Shown piece after piece: positions 7,706 through 16,033 of a stretch of DNA of 35,035 nucleotides. The stretch lies in the sequence record NC_034628.1; one strand, written 5' to 3'. How positions within the stretch are numbered: the first letter of the stretch is position 1; every line of letters begins with the position of its first letter. The notes below the pieces were generated by a model. The model was not told the origin of the DNA, did no database searches, and saw only the letters and a program-made list of their open reading frames with translations. A program made the translations under genes and the position numbers.

Positions 7706-7750
7706 ATTTGTTCAAGTCAAAAAGACAGAATATGACATATATATTTTCAT

Positions 7751-7993
7751 TTATCTCTTCTTTTTTAATCTCTCAATTTCTTGTTTAAGTTCATCAATTT
7801 CATCATAAATATCAGCAAAAATATCATAAATTACAACAAATAAAAATGCGAAAATTCCAGATGTAAAAAATGTTGATATTATAACTATTGGCATATTTTT
7901 TACAAGAATTCCTAATGACATGACTATTAAAGCTAAAGACGTTAAAGCTAAAAAAAATAAGAAAACTATTATTTCACGAAATTCTCTTTCCAT
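7751..7993 (-). CDS. Membrane protein, 2 TM helices plus coiled-coil tail
   Basis: Two long hydrophobic stretches; tandem with the 8006-8323 ORF. Confidence 0.75.
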   Translation of the reverse strand: MEREFREIIVFLFFLALTSLALIVMSLGILVKNMPIVIISTFFTSGIFAFLFVVIYDIFADIYDEIDELKQEIERLKKKR

Positions 7994-8005
7994 TTTTTCT
8001 CATCT

Positions 8006-8323
8006 TTATTTTTCGTTTTCTGACAAATTTATACTTTTATTGACCTCACCACAAAATACATTAATGTTAAATATATTTCTATTATATCTCCAATTTATTT
8101 TTATATATTGTGGATATTTAAAAGTCTTTATTATATATCTTAAAATTCCAATTCCTCTTTTTTCGTAAAATTCTTTTGTTGTGTTCATTATAATTTTTAT
8201 AGTTACTAAGTTCTCATCTTCTAAAACTAGAAAATCATAAACACTGTCAGAATAACGACTTTTTAACCATTCAAAAATTTGAATTGTATACTTTCTACAT
8301 TCATATTTAACAAAATTATTCAT
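8006..8323 (-). CDS. Hypothetical protein, 105 aa
   Basis: ORF divergent from MCP, a position occupied by conserved small ORFs in rudiviruses. Confidence 0.75.
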   Translation of the reverse strand: MNNFVKYECRKYTIQIFEWLKSRYSDSVYDFLVLEDENLVTIKIIMNTTKEFYEKRGIGILRYIIKTFKYPQYIKINWRYNRNIFNINVFCGEVNKSINLSENEK

Positions 8324-8465
8324 ATTTTAAATTTCATGATCTGACAATTTAATAGTTTGATATTACTTTAGATATAGTATATTATATAGTATATAATTCT
8401 TTCAATTATTATGATTTTTTAATTCATAAATTGTCAAGACTGATTCATCACATAAAGAAAAAGCA

Positions 8466-8546
8466 ATATACATAATATTATGTATATAACTTTGAGTTTG
8501 AATTTTACATCAATTTCATCAACTTATATACATTATATAATGTATA
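8466..8546. promoter_or_regulatory. Two palindromic ATACAT-N6-ATGTAT sites upstream of MCP
   Basis: Perfect palindromes ATATACATAATATTATGTATAT (8466-8487) and TATACATTATATAATGTATA (8527-8546). Confidence 0.65.
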
Positions 8547-8595
8547 AGACGTGAAAATTTATATTGTAGCAATTTTAAATATTAATTGACCAAAA

Positions 8596-9000
8596 ATGGC
8601 AAAAGGAAGAACACCAAGATCATATAGTCAAAGATATGCAAAATGGTCAGCTAAATTTGCATCATTTTCAAATCCTACCGTAGCTTCGACAATTTTAAGT
8701 AATGTTGCACCAGTTGCACAGCAAAATTTTCAAACTAACGTTCCAAAATTCACTTCTGTGAATGAACAAGTAGCATCAGTTTTAAGCGAATATGGTATAA
8801 CTGGTCCCAATAGAGCGATTTATCAAGGTTTCGGTCTTAAGGTAGCTAGAGCTTTAAATAGACTTGGCGGTGGACCGGCGTTAGTTAATATGATAAATGG
8901 TCTCAAAGCATATTATATATCAGCGTTCAATGCTAATCCTACAGTATTAGACGCAGTCACCAACATTATAACTGGATCTCCGACTGGATATGTGAGCTAA
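8596..9000 (+). CDS. mcp: Major capsid (DNA-binding) protein
   Basis: 134 aa; MAKGRTPRSYSQRYAKW...GSPTGYVS closely matches recalled SIRV P134/gp26. Confidence 0.97.
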   Translation: MAKGRTPRSYSQRYAKWSAKFASFSNPTVASTILSNVAPVAQQNFQTNVPKFTSVNEQVASVLSEYGITGPNRAIYQGFGLKVARALNRLGGGPALVNMINGLKAYYISAFNANPTVLDAVTNIITGSPTGYVS

Positions 9001-9099
9001 AAAATTATAGAATATCTTTTAAGCTATTTTATTTTTTTATTTTTTCTTTTTCAGAACGTTAGCTCAAATTTAAAATTTAAAAAAATTTACTTTTAACTT

Positions 9100-9270
9100 T
9101 TAATCATTATCTTCTACTTTTGTTTCTACATATTCATAATTTGTTTTGCTTATTCTTTTACAATCACTAATTTTTACATCTTGATGATGTGTTTTCAAAT
9201 GTGTGATCATAGCTTTTCTAGTTCGCGTTAAATGTTGACAAACTGGACATTCGAACAAAAAGATGCCCAT
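9100..9270 (-). CDS. C2H2 zinc-finger protein, about 56 aa
   Basis: FECPVC...RKAMITHLKTHH; start placed at ATG 9270, 19 nt from the GTC element. Confidence 0.8.
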   Translation of the reverse strand: MGIFLFECPVCQHLTRTRKAMITHLKTHHQDVKISDCKRISKTNYEYVETKVEDND

Positions 9271-9306
9271 ATGATTTTTTAATGTCATGACATTTATAAA
9301 TTCTTC

Positions 9307-10335
9307 ATGAAAACTACAATTTTGACCATGAATTACTCATCTATAAGAAATGTTTCAGAAGATATAGCTTATATTTTAAGAAATCATGGTGAAATTGTTA
9401 CAATTTCAACAAATCCATATTTAATTCCACAATCCGATAAATTAATAATTTTTATGCCTTTTCATCCACCATCTTTAAATCCCTACTTATATACATTTAG
9501 AGAATTTAAAGGAAAGAAGTACTTTTATACAACTTGTGACGGTCAGCCTAATACAAATATTATAAATCAATATCTATTAAAAGAAATAAAATTTATTCCA
9601 AATTCAAAATTTACAGCTCAAAATTTACAAGAAGTCGGGTTAGAAGTTGATTTGCCAGTTTTCCATGGAATTAACTTTGAAATTGTAGAAAAAGCTGAAA
9701 AATTAGCTATTCAATTAAAGCAAAAGTTAGATAAAGATTTTCCAAACACTGTGAAATTTGGCATAGTTTCTGGTCTAACTAAGAGGAAAAACATGGATCT
9801 TATGATAAGAGTTTTTCAGGAGATAAATACTAAAATTCCAGAATTAGCTAAAAAGATTCACTTTTTCGTGATTTCACATAAGGACTTTAAGAATTTTGAA
9901 GTTCCAGCAAATGTTCATTTTGTTAGCGAATTTGGGCTAAATCCAAGGGAGTATATATTTGCTTTCTATAGAGTTATGGATTATATGATAGTTCCTTCAG
10001 GAACTGAGGGCTTTGGACTTCCAGTTCTAGAAAGTATGGCCATGGGGACTCCAGTTATCCATCAATTAATGCCCCCATTTGATGAATTTACAAGTTGGCA
10101 ATGGAATTTATTGATTAAATCTAGTGAAGTTGAAGAATATTATGACAAAACTCATGGTCAAAAATGGAAAATATATAAATTTGACATTCAAGATATGATA
10201 AATGCAATTATGATAGCTACAGAACTTCAAGATAGAGAAGAAAGAAGTAAAAATTTGAGAGAATTAGCTAAGAGATATGATATTAATAATTTGTATGTTA
10301 GATTCTTAGATAATGATGAACAAAGTTCATCATAA
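9307..10335 (+). CDS. GT-B fold glycosyltransferase (GT4-like)
   Basis: RKN motif and PSGTEGFGLPVLESMAMGTPVI (E-x7-E signature); matches recalled SIRV ORF335. Confidence 0.92.
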   Translation: MKTTILTMNYSSIRNVSEDIAYILRNHGEIVTISTNPYLIPQSDKLIIFMPFHPPSLNPYLYTFREFKGKKYFYTTCDGQPNTNIINQYLLKEIKFIPNSKFTAQNLQEVGLEVDLPVFHGINFEIVEKAEKLAIQLKQKLDKDFPNTVKFGIVSGLTKRKNMDLMIRVFQEINTKIPELAKKIHFFVISHKDFKNFEVPANVHFVSEFGLNPREYIFAFYRVMDYMIVPSGTEGFGLPVLESMAMGTPVIHQLMPPFDEFTSWQWNLLIKSSEVEEYYDKTHGQKWKIYKFDIQDMINAIMIATELQDREERSKNLRELAKRYDINNLYVRFLDNDEQSSS

Positions 10336-10386
10336 TGATTTATATTCGTCATTTTTTATGATTTTAAATTAAGGAGTTGGTATGAT

Positions 10387-10596
10387 ATGAGTTTTGAAAT
10401 TGAAAGAAAAGAGGATAAAATTTTTATTACATATAAAAATCTTGATTATGAAATAGAACCTATTTCAATAAATGTAGAAATTGAAGTTAAAAAATTTGAA
10501 GAATGTGTTCAGAAATTTAGAGAAAAAGGAATTATAAAACCAGAATTAGAAGCTATGATAAGATTTGTATTTTATGGGGATTGTGTTGAGTACTAG
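10387..10596 (+). CDS. Hypothetical protein, 69 aa
   Basis: ORF with GGAG/GGT-rich upstream sequence; protein-like composition. Confidence 0.7.
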   Translation: MSFEIERKEDKIFITYKNLDYEIEPISINVEIEVKKFEECVQKFREKGIIKPELEAMIRFVFYGDCVEY

Positions 10597-10624
10597 ACCT
10601 ACGTTACTTATAATAAAAAATAAA

Positions 10625-10831
10625 ATGATTAGACAATATTTTTGTAGTGAATGTGATATAATGTTAGCAGAAGTAGAAAATAATACAATTAAAAAGTTTC
10701 AATCATGTTTACATTTTCGTATTGAAAAATTCGGAAAAGAATATTATTTCCGTAAATTCATAAGACCTAGGAAAATTATTGCTGAAGAAAAAGATTATTT
10801 TTATTTATTGATTCCAAATGACAAAAACTGA
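10625..10831 (+). CDS. Small Cys/His protein (CxxC ... CxH), about 68 aa
   Basis: Likely start MIRQYFCSECDI at 10625; the ORF-track start at 10565 overlaps the previous gene. Confidence 0.6.
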   Translation: MIRQYFCSECDIMLAEVENNTIKKFQSCLHFRIEKFGKEYYFRKFIRPRKIIAEEKDYFYLLIPNDKN

Positions 10832-10881
10832 TTAATCGAAAAATCTATGAATGTCATAATATATATAATTGTTGTGGAAAC

Positions 10882-11007
10882 ATGAGTGAGATCATAATTG
10901 AGTGCAAGGATTTAACACGTTTTCATGTTAAAAAAGAAGACGGTGAACTAATGAGACGTATAATAAATATGTGTCAAGATTTCGGATTAGAAGTTAAGGT
11001 GTATTAA
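10882..11007 (+). CDS. Small hypothetical protein, 41 aa (not in ORF track)
   Basis: MSEIIIECKDLTRFHVKKEDGELMRRIINMCQDFGLEVKVY; ATGTCATAAT element at 10851; ends 3 nt before the next ATG. Confidence 0.6.
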   Translation: MSEIIIECKDLTRFHVKKEDGELMRRIINMCQDFGLEVKVY

Positions 11008-11010
11008 AAA

Positions 11011-11310
11011 ATGCCAAAATTCTATTATTGCTATATTTGCAAAACAAAACTTGTTGGAAAAAAGGAATTCAAAAAGCATGCACAAATACACTTTAAAAAT
11101 AATAGATGTCCATATTGTAATATGAAGACTAAAAATTTATCAATTCATTTAGCATATTATCATTTACAATATAGAAGAAAAGCAATTTTATTAAGAGATT
11201 TAGCAATTTTGTGCAAAGAAGCAAATAGTACAAATATTTTGAAAAATGAAAATTTAAAACTTGACAACTATATCAAATTTCATATAAAAAGAATGATGAA
11301 TAAGTTATAA
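11011..11310 (+). CDS. Double C2H2-type zinc-finger protein
   Basis: CYIC-x12-H-x3-H and CPYC-x9-H-x4-H. Confidence 0.8.
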   Translation: MPKFYYCYICKTKLVGKKEFKKHAQIHFKNNRCPYCNMKTKNLSIHLAYYHLQYRRKAILLRDLAILCKEANSTNILKNENLKLDNYIKFHIKRMMNKL

Positions 11311-11334
11311 TTCTTTTTTTAGTTTGTATTTTTT

Positions 11335-11532
11335 TTACTTCTTATTTTCTGAATTTTTGTTTAATAAAACTGCTATATCTTTGCTTATTTCTTCAGATAT
11401 ATTTTTAATTATTCCTAAAGCTTCTAATATTTCATCTTCTTTAAGATCTTCATTTTTATTAATTTCATTAATTAGACCAAGTTGTAATTCAAGCAAAACC
11501 TCAAATTTTATTAAATCTATCTTTTTTACCAT
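11335..11532 (-). CDS. Helical hypothetical protein, 65 aa (tandem paralog B)
   Basis: 23/65 ungapped identity to the 11539-11736 protein (my count). Confidence 0.75.
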   Translation of the reverse strand: MVKKIDLIKFEVLLELQLGLINEINKNEDLKEDEILEALGIIKNISEEISKDIAVLLNKNSENKK

Positions 11533-11538
11533 AATTCA

Positions 11539-11736
11539 TCACTTTTTATTTTGTGAATTTTCTTTTACTATAATTACTATTTCTTTATCAATATCAGACA
11601 TTATACCTTTTGCACTCATTAATAATTCTATTATATCTTCATCATTTAGAGCTTTATTATTTGCAACTTCCTCGACTATATCATAAAGCCATTTTGTCAA
11701 TATTTTAATTTTTACTAAATCTATATCTTTAATCAT
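11539..11736 (-). CDS. Helical hypothetical protein, 65 aa (tandem paralog A)
   Basis: GTGAGG RBS; TTGATATTTGTCATAT promoter at about 11762-11777. Confidence 0.75.
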   Translation of the reverse strand: MIKDIDLVKIKILTKWLYDIVEEVANNKALNDEDIIELLMSAKGIMSDIDKEIVIIVKENSQNKK

Positions 11737-11773
11737 TTCCTCACGTAACTAGAAATTTAAAATATGACAAATA

Positions 11774-12001
11774 TCAAGTTTTATCTAGTCTCATTTTTAT
11801 TTCTTCAATTTGTTGTTTTAATTCATTCTGATTTATTTTCAACTCTTCAATTTCTGTTTTCAAATTTTGCAATTCTGAGTTTACAATTTCTTTTACTGCA
11901 TCTTTTAATGCCTGTTTTATTTTTAAATAAAGTTGAACAATTGCAAATAATGTAGTTACAAATGTAGAAATAATTGTCAAAATAAGAGTTATTTCACTCA
12001 T
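11774..12001 (-). CDS. N-terminal TM plus coiled-coil protein, 75 aa
   Basis: Hydrophobic residues 4-26 followed by heptad repeats; overlaps the upstream gene's stop. Confidence 0.8.
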   Translation of the reverse strand: MSEITLILTIISTFVTTLFAIVQLYLKIKQALKDAVKEIVNSELQNLKTEIEELKINQNELKQQIEEIKMRLDKT

Positions 12002-12362
12002 CTTTTAATCCCTCTAATTGATCTTCTAAATTATCTAAATTTAAATTTTCATCTTCTTTAAATTTTTGATATACTGAATCTACTTGTTTCGCGTAAGGCT
12101 GGGGGTAAACTACTCGAAAATCTGAAATACCAATTCTATTAGTTTCGGGATCTTTAGCAATCAAAAATTGGAAATAGAAAGTAAATCCAGGAATATATAA
12201 ATCTACAACCATAGGTAATTCTGCATTTTTTAAAACAATAATTGAATGAGGCAAATATTTACTAAGACCATAAATTTGTCCTTGTAATTCTAATTCTCGA
12301 ATTTTATCTATCGCGATTCTCACGGGACCGAAAATATTCGCAAACTCATCTTTAACTTGCAT
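11994..12362 (-). CDS. Hypothetical protein, 122 aa
   Basis: Preceded by the palindromic site at 12413-12434. Confidence 0.8.
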   Translation of the reverse strand: MQVKDEFANIFGPVRIAIDKIRELELQGQIYGLSKYLPHSIIVLKNAELPMVVDLYIPGFTFYFQFLIAKDPETNRIGISDFRVVYPQPYAKQVDSVYQKFKEDENLNLDNLEDQLEGLKDE

Positions 12363-12483
12363 AATTATTTATTTCACAAAACAAGAATAAATAAACTCAA
12401 AGCAAATTTGCTATATACATTATATTATGTATATGAGTTTGATAATTGACATGTAAAGCATGAGCGAAAAATTTTTATAAATT

Positions 12484-12615
12484 CTAAGTTAATTTTCTTT
12501 TTTGTTTTTCTTTTATCTTTTTAACTATATCTTCTTTTAATTTCTCTAATTCTTCTTTATTTTCAATCTCAAGAAAATAATATTCTCCATCTTTTACAAT
12601 TCTCATAATTATCAT
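12484..12615 (-). CDS. Small charged protein, about 43 aa (not in ORF track)
   Basis: MIIMRIVKDGEYYFLEIENKEELEKLKEDIVKKIKEKQKRKLT; follows the 12625 ORF on the same strand. Confidence 0.5.
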   Translation of the reverse strand: MIIMRIVKDGEYYFLEIENKEELEKLKEDIVKKIKEKQKRKLT

Positions 12616-12624
12616 TTCGATTGT

Positions 12625-12831
12625 TCAACTAGTTAATATTTTTAAAATTTTTTTCTTATCAATCTTTTTATCAATTTTTTGAGGTATATAAAATCCTTCA
12701 TGAAAATCATACGGTTCACTGTACCATATTTTTATTTTAGGATAAACTGGTTCACCATACCATAATTTTTTATTCAAATTACATGGCTCAGTATTCCACT
12801 CTTTTTTCTTCTTAATGATCATGTTTATCAT
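12625..12831 (-). CDS. Basic hypothetical protein with three W-x-x-EP repeats
   Basis: WNTEP, WYGEP, WYSEP; starts 4 nt after the stop of the 471-aa gene. Confidence 0.65.
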   Translation of the reverse strand: MINMIIKKKKEWNTEPCNLNKKLWYGEPVYPKIKIWYSEPYDFHEGFYIPQKIDKKIDKKKILKILTS

Positions 12832-12835
12832 CTCT

Positions 12836-14251
12836 TTATCTTTCAGCTATATTTTTAAAGTTTTTGTAGTAGAAAATTGACTTATATTGTTTAGCTTTTA
12901 CACTTTTTTGTGCTAATTTTATTGAATTTTCAATTTTTGCTTGACCCTGTAATTGCTCACCGAGTTGTTGAGCAAATTGTAAATCTGAATCTAAAACACC
13001 ATAGAATTTCCATTTCGTTTTCCAATAATTCAAGAATTCGTTATAAGGTAATGTCCTTTTTCCAGTTTGATAACTATAATTTTGTTGATAAGGATATCTT
13101 GCAATTTCTAAAATAGCTGAAGCTATCATTTTTGCATACCAAATATTTGGATATTTTTGATTTACAATTCTTTGAACTTGTAAAAATTGCTCATATGAAA
13201 CTGCATAATTCTCAATTTCAGAACTATAAGTTATATTTATCCCACCGGGACTTGGATCATATAAATGCAATTTAAACAAACTTCCAAAAATTGAAATTAT
13301 AGTTTTATCAGCTGTTAAGATAGAAACTAAATCTAATTGTGTAACATTATTAGGATTAAATTCAGGTATTAAAATAGCTAGGTCTAAAGGTGTATAATCT
13401 AGGACCATTCCGAATACATCAGCAAAATTTTGCAAAATCATATTATTCTCAAGTTGAACTTTGTAAGTTGGAGAATTTTCAATTTCAGGAGCTAAAACAC
13501 ATCTATCTAACCATCCAACATCTAACGCAAATGCACTATTAATTATATCATTTAAGTTAGGAATAAATGAAACTACGAATTTTGCTAAATCTGGAAGTTG
13601 ATTATAGTTTAAATTTAAAGCATTTAATAAATCCGAGATTCCAATATCTTGAATATTATTAAGTGAATAATTATCAACATTTGGAATTTGAGTATTTCCA
13701 ATTCCCAAAGTTGAAAGATTAATAGATATATTTGAATAACTTAAACTATTAAAATATTGTTCTATTTTTTCACATGCTTGATTTCTATTTATAATTGTAT
13801 TAGAAGGTTGAAAAACTGATAGATCAAAATAAGTTTCATCGAAAACCGCTGGTTGATAAAGTATACTACAAAGATTTACATAATTATCATAAAGTTTTGT
13901 AAAGCTATTAATAAATGCAAGACCAGATGTTTGCCCATAAATTGGACTTTGGCCTAATTGTAGAAAACTAAATGAATTTGCATTTGAATTAAATGTAGAA
14001 ATTGCTAAATTATTTAAAGCTGAAAGTAAAGCTGAAATAATTGTAGCATATGCAATTCCATAATTAGTATTTATACCTTTAGGAACTGAAATGTTCTCAA
14101 GTGGAGTTGGCAAAACTGATGAAACTCCAGCGTTAAACATTACAGAAAAAGCGGGAAAAGTATTTCTATTTAATACTTTTTGATAAAGATGATACTTCAT
14201 CGATGCAATTGATCTTTTGCCAACTTTCTTTCCCATAATTATTATATTCAT
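12836..14251 (-). CDS. Conserved rudiviral protein, probable minor virion component (ORF486/488 type)
   Basis: Size, position and basic N-terminus (MGKKVGKRSIASMKYHLY; alternative start 14236); palindromic site upstream. Confidence 0.75.
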   Translation of the reverse strand: MNIIIMGKKVGKRSIASMKYHLYQKVLNRNTFPAFSVMFNAGVSSVLPTPLENISVPKGINTNYGIAYATIISALLSALNNLAISTFNSNANSFSFLQLGQSPIYGQTSGLAFINSFTKLYDNYVNLCSILYQPAVFDETYFDLSVFQPSNTIINRNQACEKIEQYFNSLSYSNISINLSTLGIGNTQIPNVDNYSLNNIQDIGISDLLNALNLNYNQLPDLAKFVVSFIPNLNDIINSAFALDVGWLDRCVLAPEIENSPTYKVQLENNMILQNFADVFGMVLDYTPLDLAILIPEFNPNNVTQLDLVSILTADKTIISIFGSLFKLHLYDPSPGGINITYSSEIENYAVSYEQFLQVQRIVNQKYPNIWYAKMIASAILEIARYPYQQNYSYQTGKRTLPYNEFLNYWKTKWKFYGVLDSDLQFAQQLGEQLQGQAKIENSIKLAQKSVKAKQYKSIFYYKNFKNIAER

Positions 14252-14370
14252 AAAATGTTAATATAAAACTCAATTCTAATACATAATATAATGTATATTA
14301 GTTTTACATTTTGATCTCATCATATTCAATTCGTAAAGTATATATTTGTCATATTTTGAGTTACAAATAT

Positions 14371-14829
14371 ATGCAATTACAATTTAGAATAGAAGAAGCT
14401 AAAAGTAAAGAATTAATAAAATTTGTAAGAATGTTGATAGATTATTATCATTCTCAAGGAATGCCTTTAGGAGGTGGAGCTGGAAAAAATAGCAGATATT
14501 TTATGTATATTGCTAACGACACTGAGCAAGATTTTATAGTAGCAGTAGCATGGCTTCATGATAATACTCCTTTTCGTTACATAGCTCAAGATTATAAAAT
14601 TCCAAATGATAGATCATATTTTATTAGAAGAGTTACAAAAACAGCTCCTGGAGATTATGGCATTAATTTTCTAGTTGACTTATCTAAGAAATTGAAAAAT
14701 GATGGATTTGAAGTACTTTGGACACTTGGATTTCCAGATCATTCAAATGCACTTTACAAGAAAGCTGGATTTCAAGAAGTAGGAAAAACAAATAGAACTG
14801 GGCATCCAATTTTCATTAAAAAATTATAA
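14371..14829 (+). CDS. GNAT-family acetyltransferase
   Basis: FIRRVTK..PGDYG and NALYKKAGFQEVG motifs; start set at ATG 14371, 21 nt after the GTC element. Confidence 0.8.
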   Translation: MQLQFRIEEAKSKELIKFVRMLIDYYHSQGMPLGGGAGKNSRYFMYIANDTEQDFIVAVAWLHDNTPFRYIAQDYKIPNDRSYFIRRVTKTAPGDYGINFLVDLSKKLKNDGFEVLWTLGFPDHSNALYKKAGFQEVGKTNRTGHPIFIKKL

Positions 14830-15105
14830 CTTGTGTTTTTTAATGTTTTTTGCTACATATACAGATTCAATAATTGCAAGAAGTGTTTCAAGTTGAACAT
14901 CATCTTCTATAAGCATTCCAAAAAAATAACCAAAGAAAATAATTAAAGAATCCATACTTATTTTTTCATCTTTGTAGCTTTCTAGTATATCGTAAAAAGC
15001 ATATTCTAGATAGCTTACTTGTTTTTCTATAATTTTAAGTGAGTTTTCATCTGGATGAAAAGTTTCTTTGAAAACTTCTATTATTTTTTCTAAGCCTTTG
15101 TCCAT
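14824..15105 (-). CDS. Hypothetical helical protein, 93 aa
   Basis: TTTAAATTTGTCATAAT promoter at about 15128-15144 on the minus strand. Confidence 0.7.
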   Translation of the reverse strand: MDKGLEKIIEVFKETFHPDENSLKIIEKQVSYLEYAFYDILESYKDEKISMDSLIIFFGYFFGMLIEDDVQLETLLAIIESVYVAKNIKKHKL

Positions 15106-15177
15106 ACTTATCTATATAAAAATTTTCATTATGACAAATTTAAACATATATATGTCATAATTTTAAAAGTTTAGCTG

Positions 15178-15543
15178 ATGAATTTTAGACAATCTGGAAA
15201 ATATTATGAGTATAAAACTGTTGAATTTTTAGAAAAAAACGGTTATAAAGCTATAAGAATTCCAACATCGGCAACTGGAAAACAGCCAATTCCAGATATT
15301 ATAGCAACTAAGGATAATACAATTTTTCCAATTGAAGTTAAATCAACTTCAAATGATTACGTTTATGTTGATAATTTTCAAATTGATAAATTGTTTAAGT
15401 TCTGTGAGATATTCAATTTTTGTAATTGTAAACCGTTAATACTAGTTCATTATAAAAAATATAAAAATGTCATAATATATAATTTGAGTCAAGATGTCAG
15501 AGAAAAAAGTAAAGTCAAATTTACCTTCAGAGCTAACAGCTAA
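15178..15543 (+). CDS. hjc: Holliday junction resolvase (Hjc family)
   Basis: SGKYYE...G..A.RIP.S......PDIIA......IEVKS nuclease motifs. Confidence 0.93.
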   Translation: MNFRQSGKYYEYKTVEFLEKNGYKAIRIPTSATGKQPIPDIIATKDNTIFPIEVKSTSNDYVYVDNFQIDKLFKFCEIFNFCNCKPLILVHYKKYKNVIIYNLSQDVREKSKVKFTFRANS

Positions 15544-15703
15544 ACTGTATTTAGCTCTAGATGACTTAACTATGGCATTAGCAACTTGTGATGATGAAAA
15601 TATCCGAAAGTCTGAAGTTTTCAAAAAAGCTCTTGAAGTTGTGAAAATTGTAAAAGAGATGAGAAATGCTAAAATAAAAACTGATGAAGAAGAAAAATCA
15701 TAA
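15494..15703 (+). CDS. Conserved small helical protein, 69 aa
   Basis: Overlaps the hjc 3' end by 50 nt; own TGTCAT element at about 15467 inside hjc. Confidence 0.7.
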   Translation: MSEKKVKSNLPSELTAKLYLALDDLTMALATCDDENIRKSEVFKKALEVVKIVKEMRNAKIKTDEEEKS

Positions 15704-16033
15704 ATTTCAATTTTTTTCAAGTTAAAGAGATATCAAGTTTGATATAACCCTTTTCATCTAAAATTTTTTTCTTTATAAATGTCTTTACGCCGATATTTTA
15801 CGTAATTTATCGTTAGCAAAAACAAAAATCTCGAGAGATAAGAGTTTAAAAAGATTTCTTGTAAATTTACGACTTTAATTTATATACTCATCATTACAAT
15901 TTTTTATAACGATAAAGAAAAAAAGTAGTAAGTGAAGAATTGAAAGAACTTTTATTCTTGTATTTTTTTACATAAAACAATTTTTACTTTTACAACAACA
16001 TTTATAATTTTATAATATACACATGATAATAAT

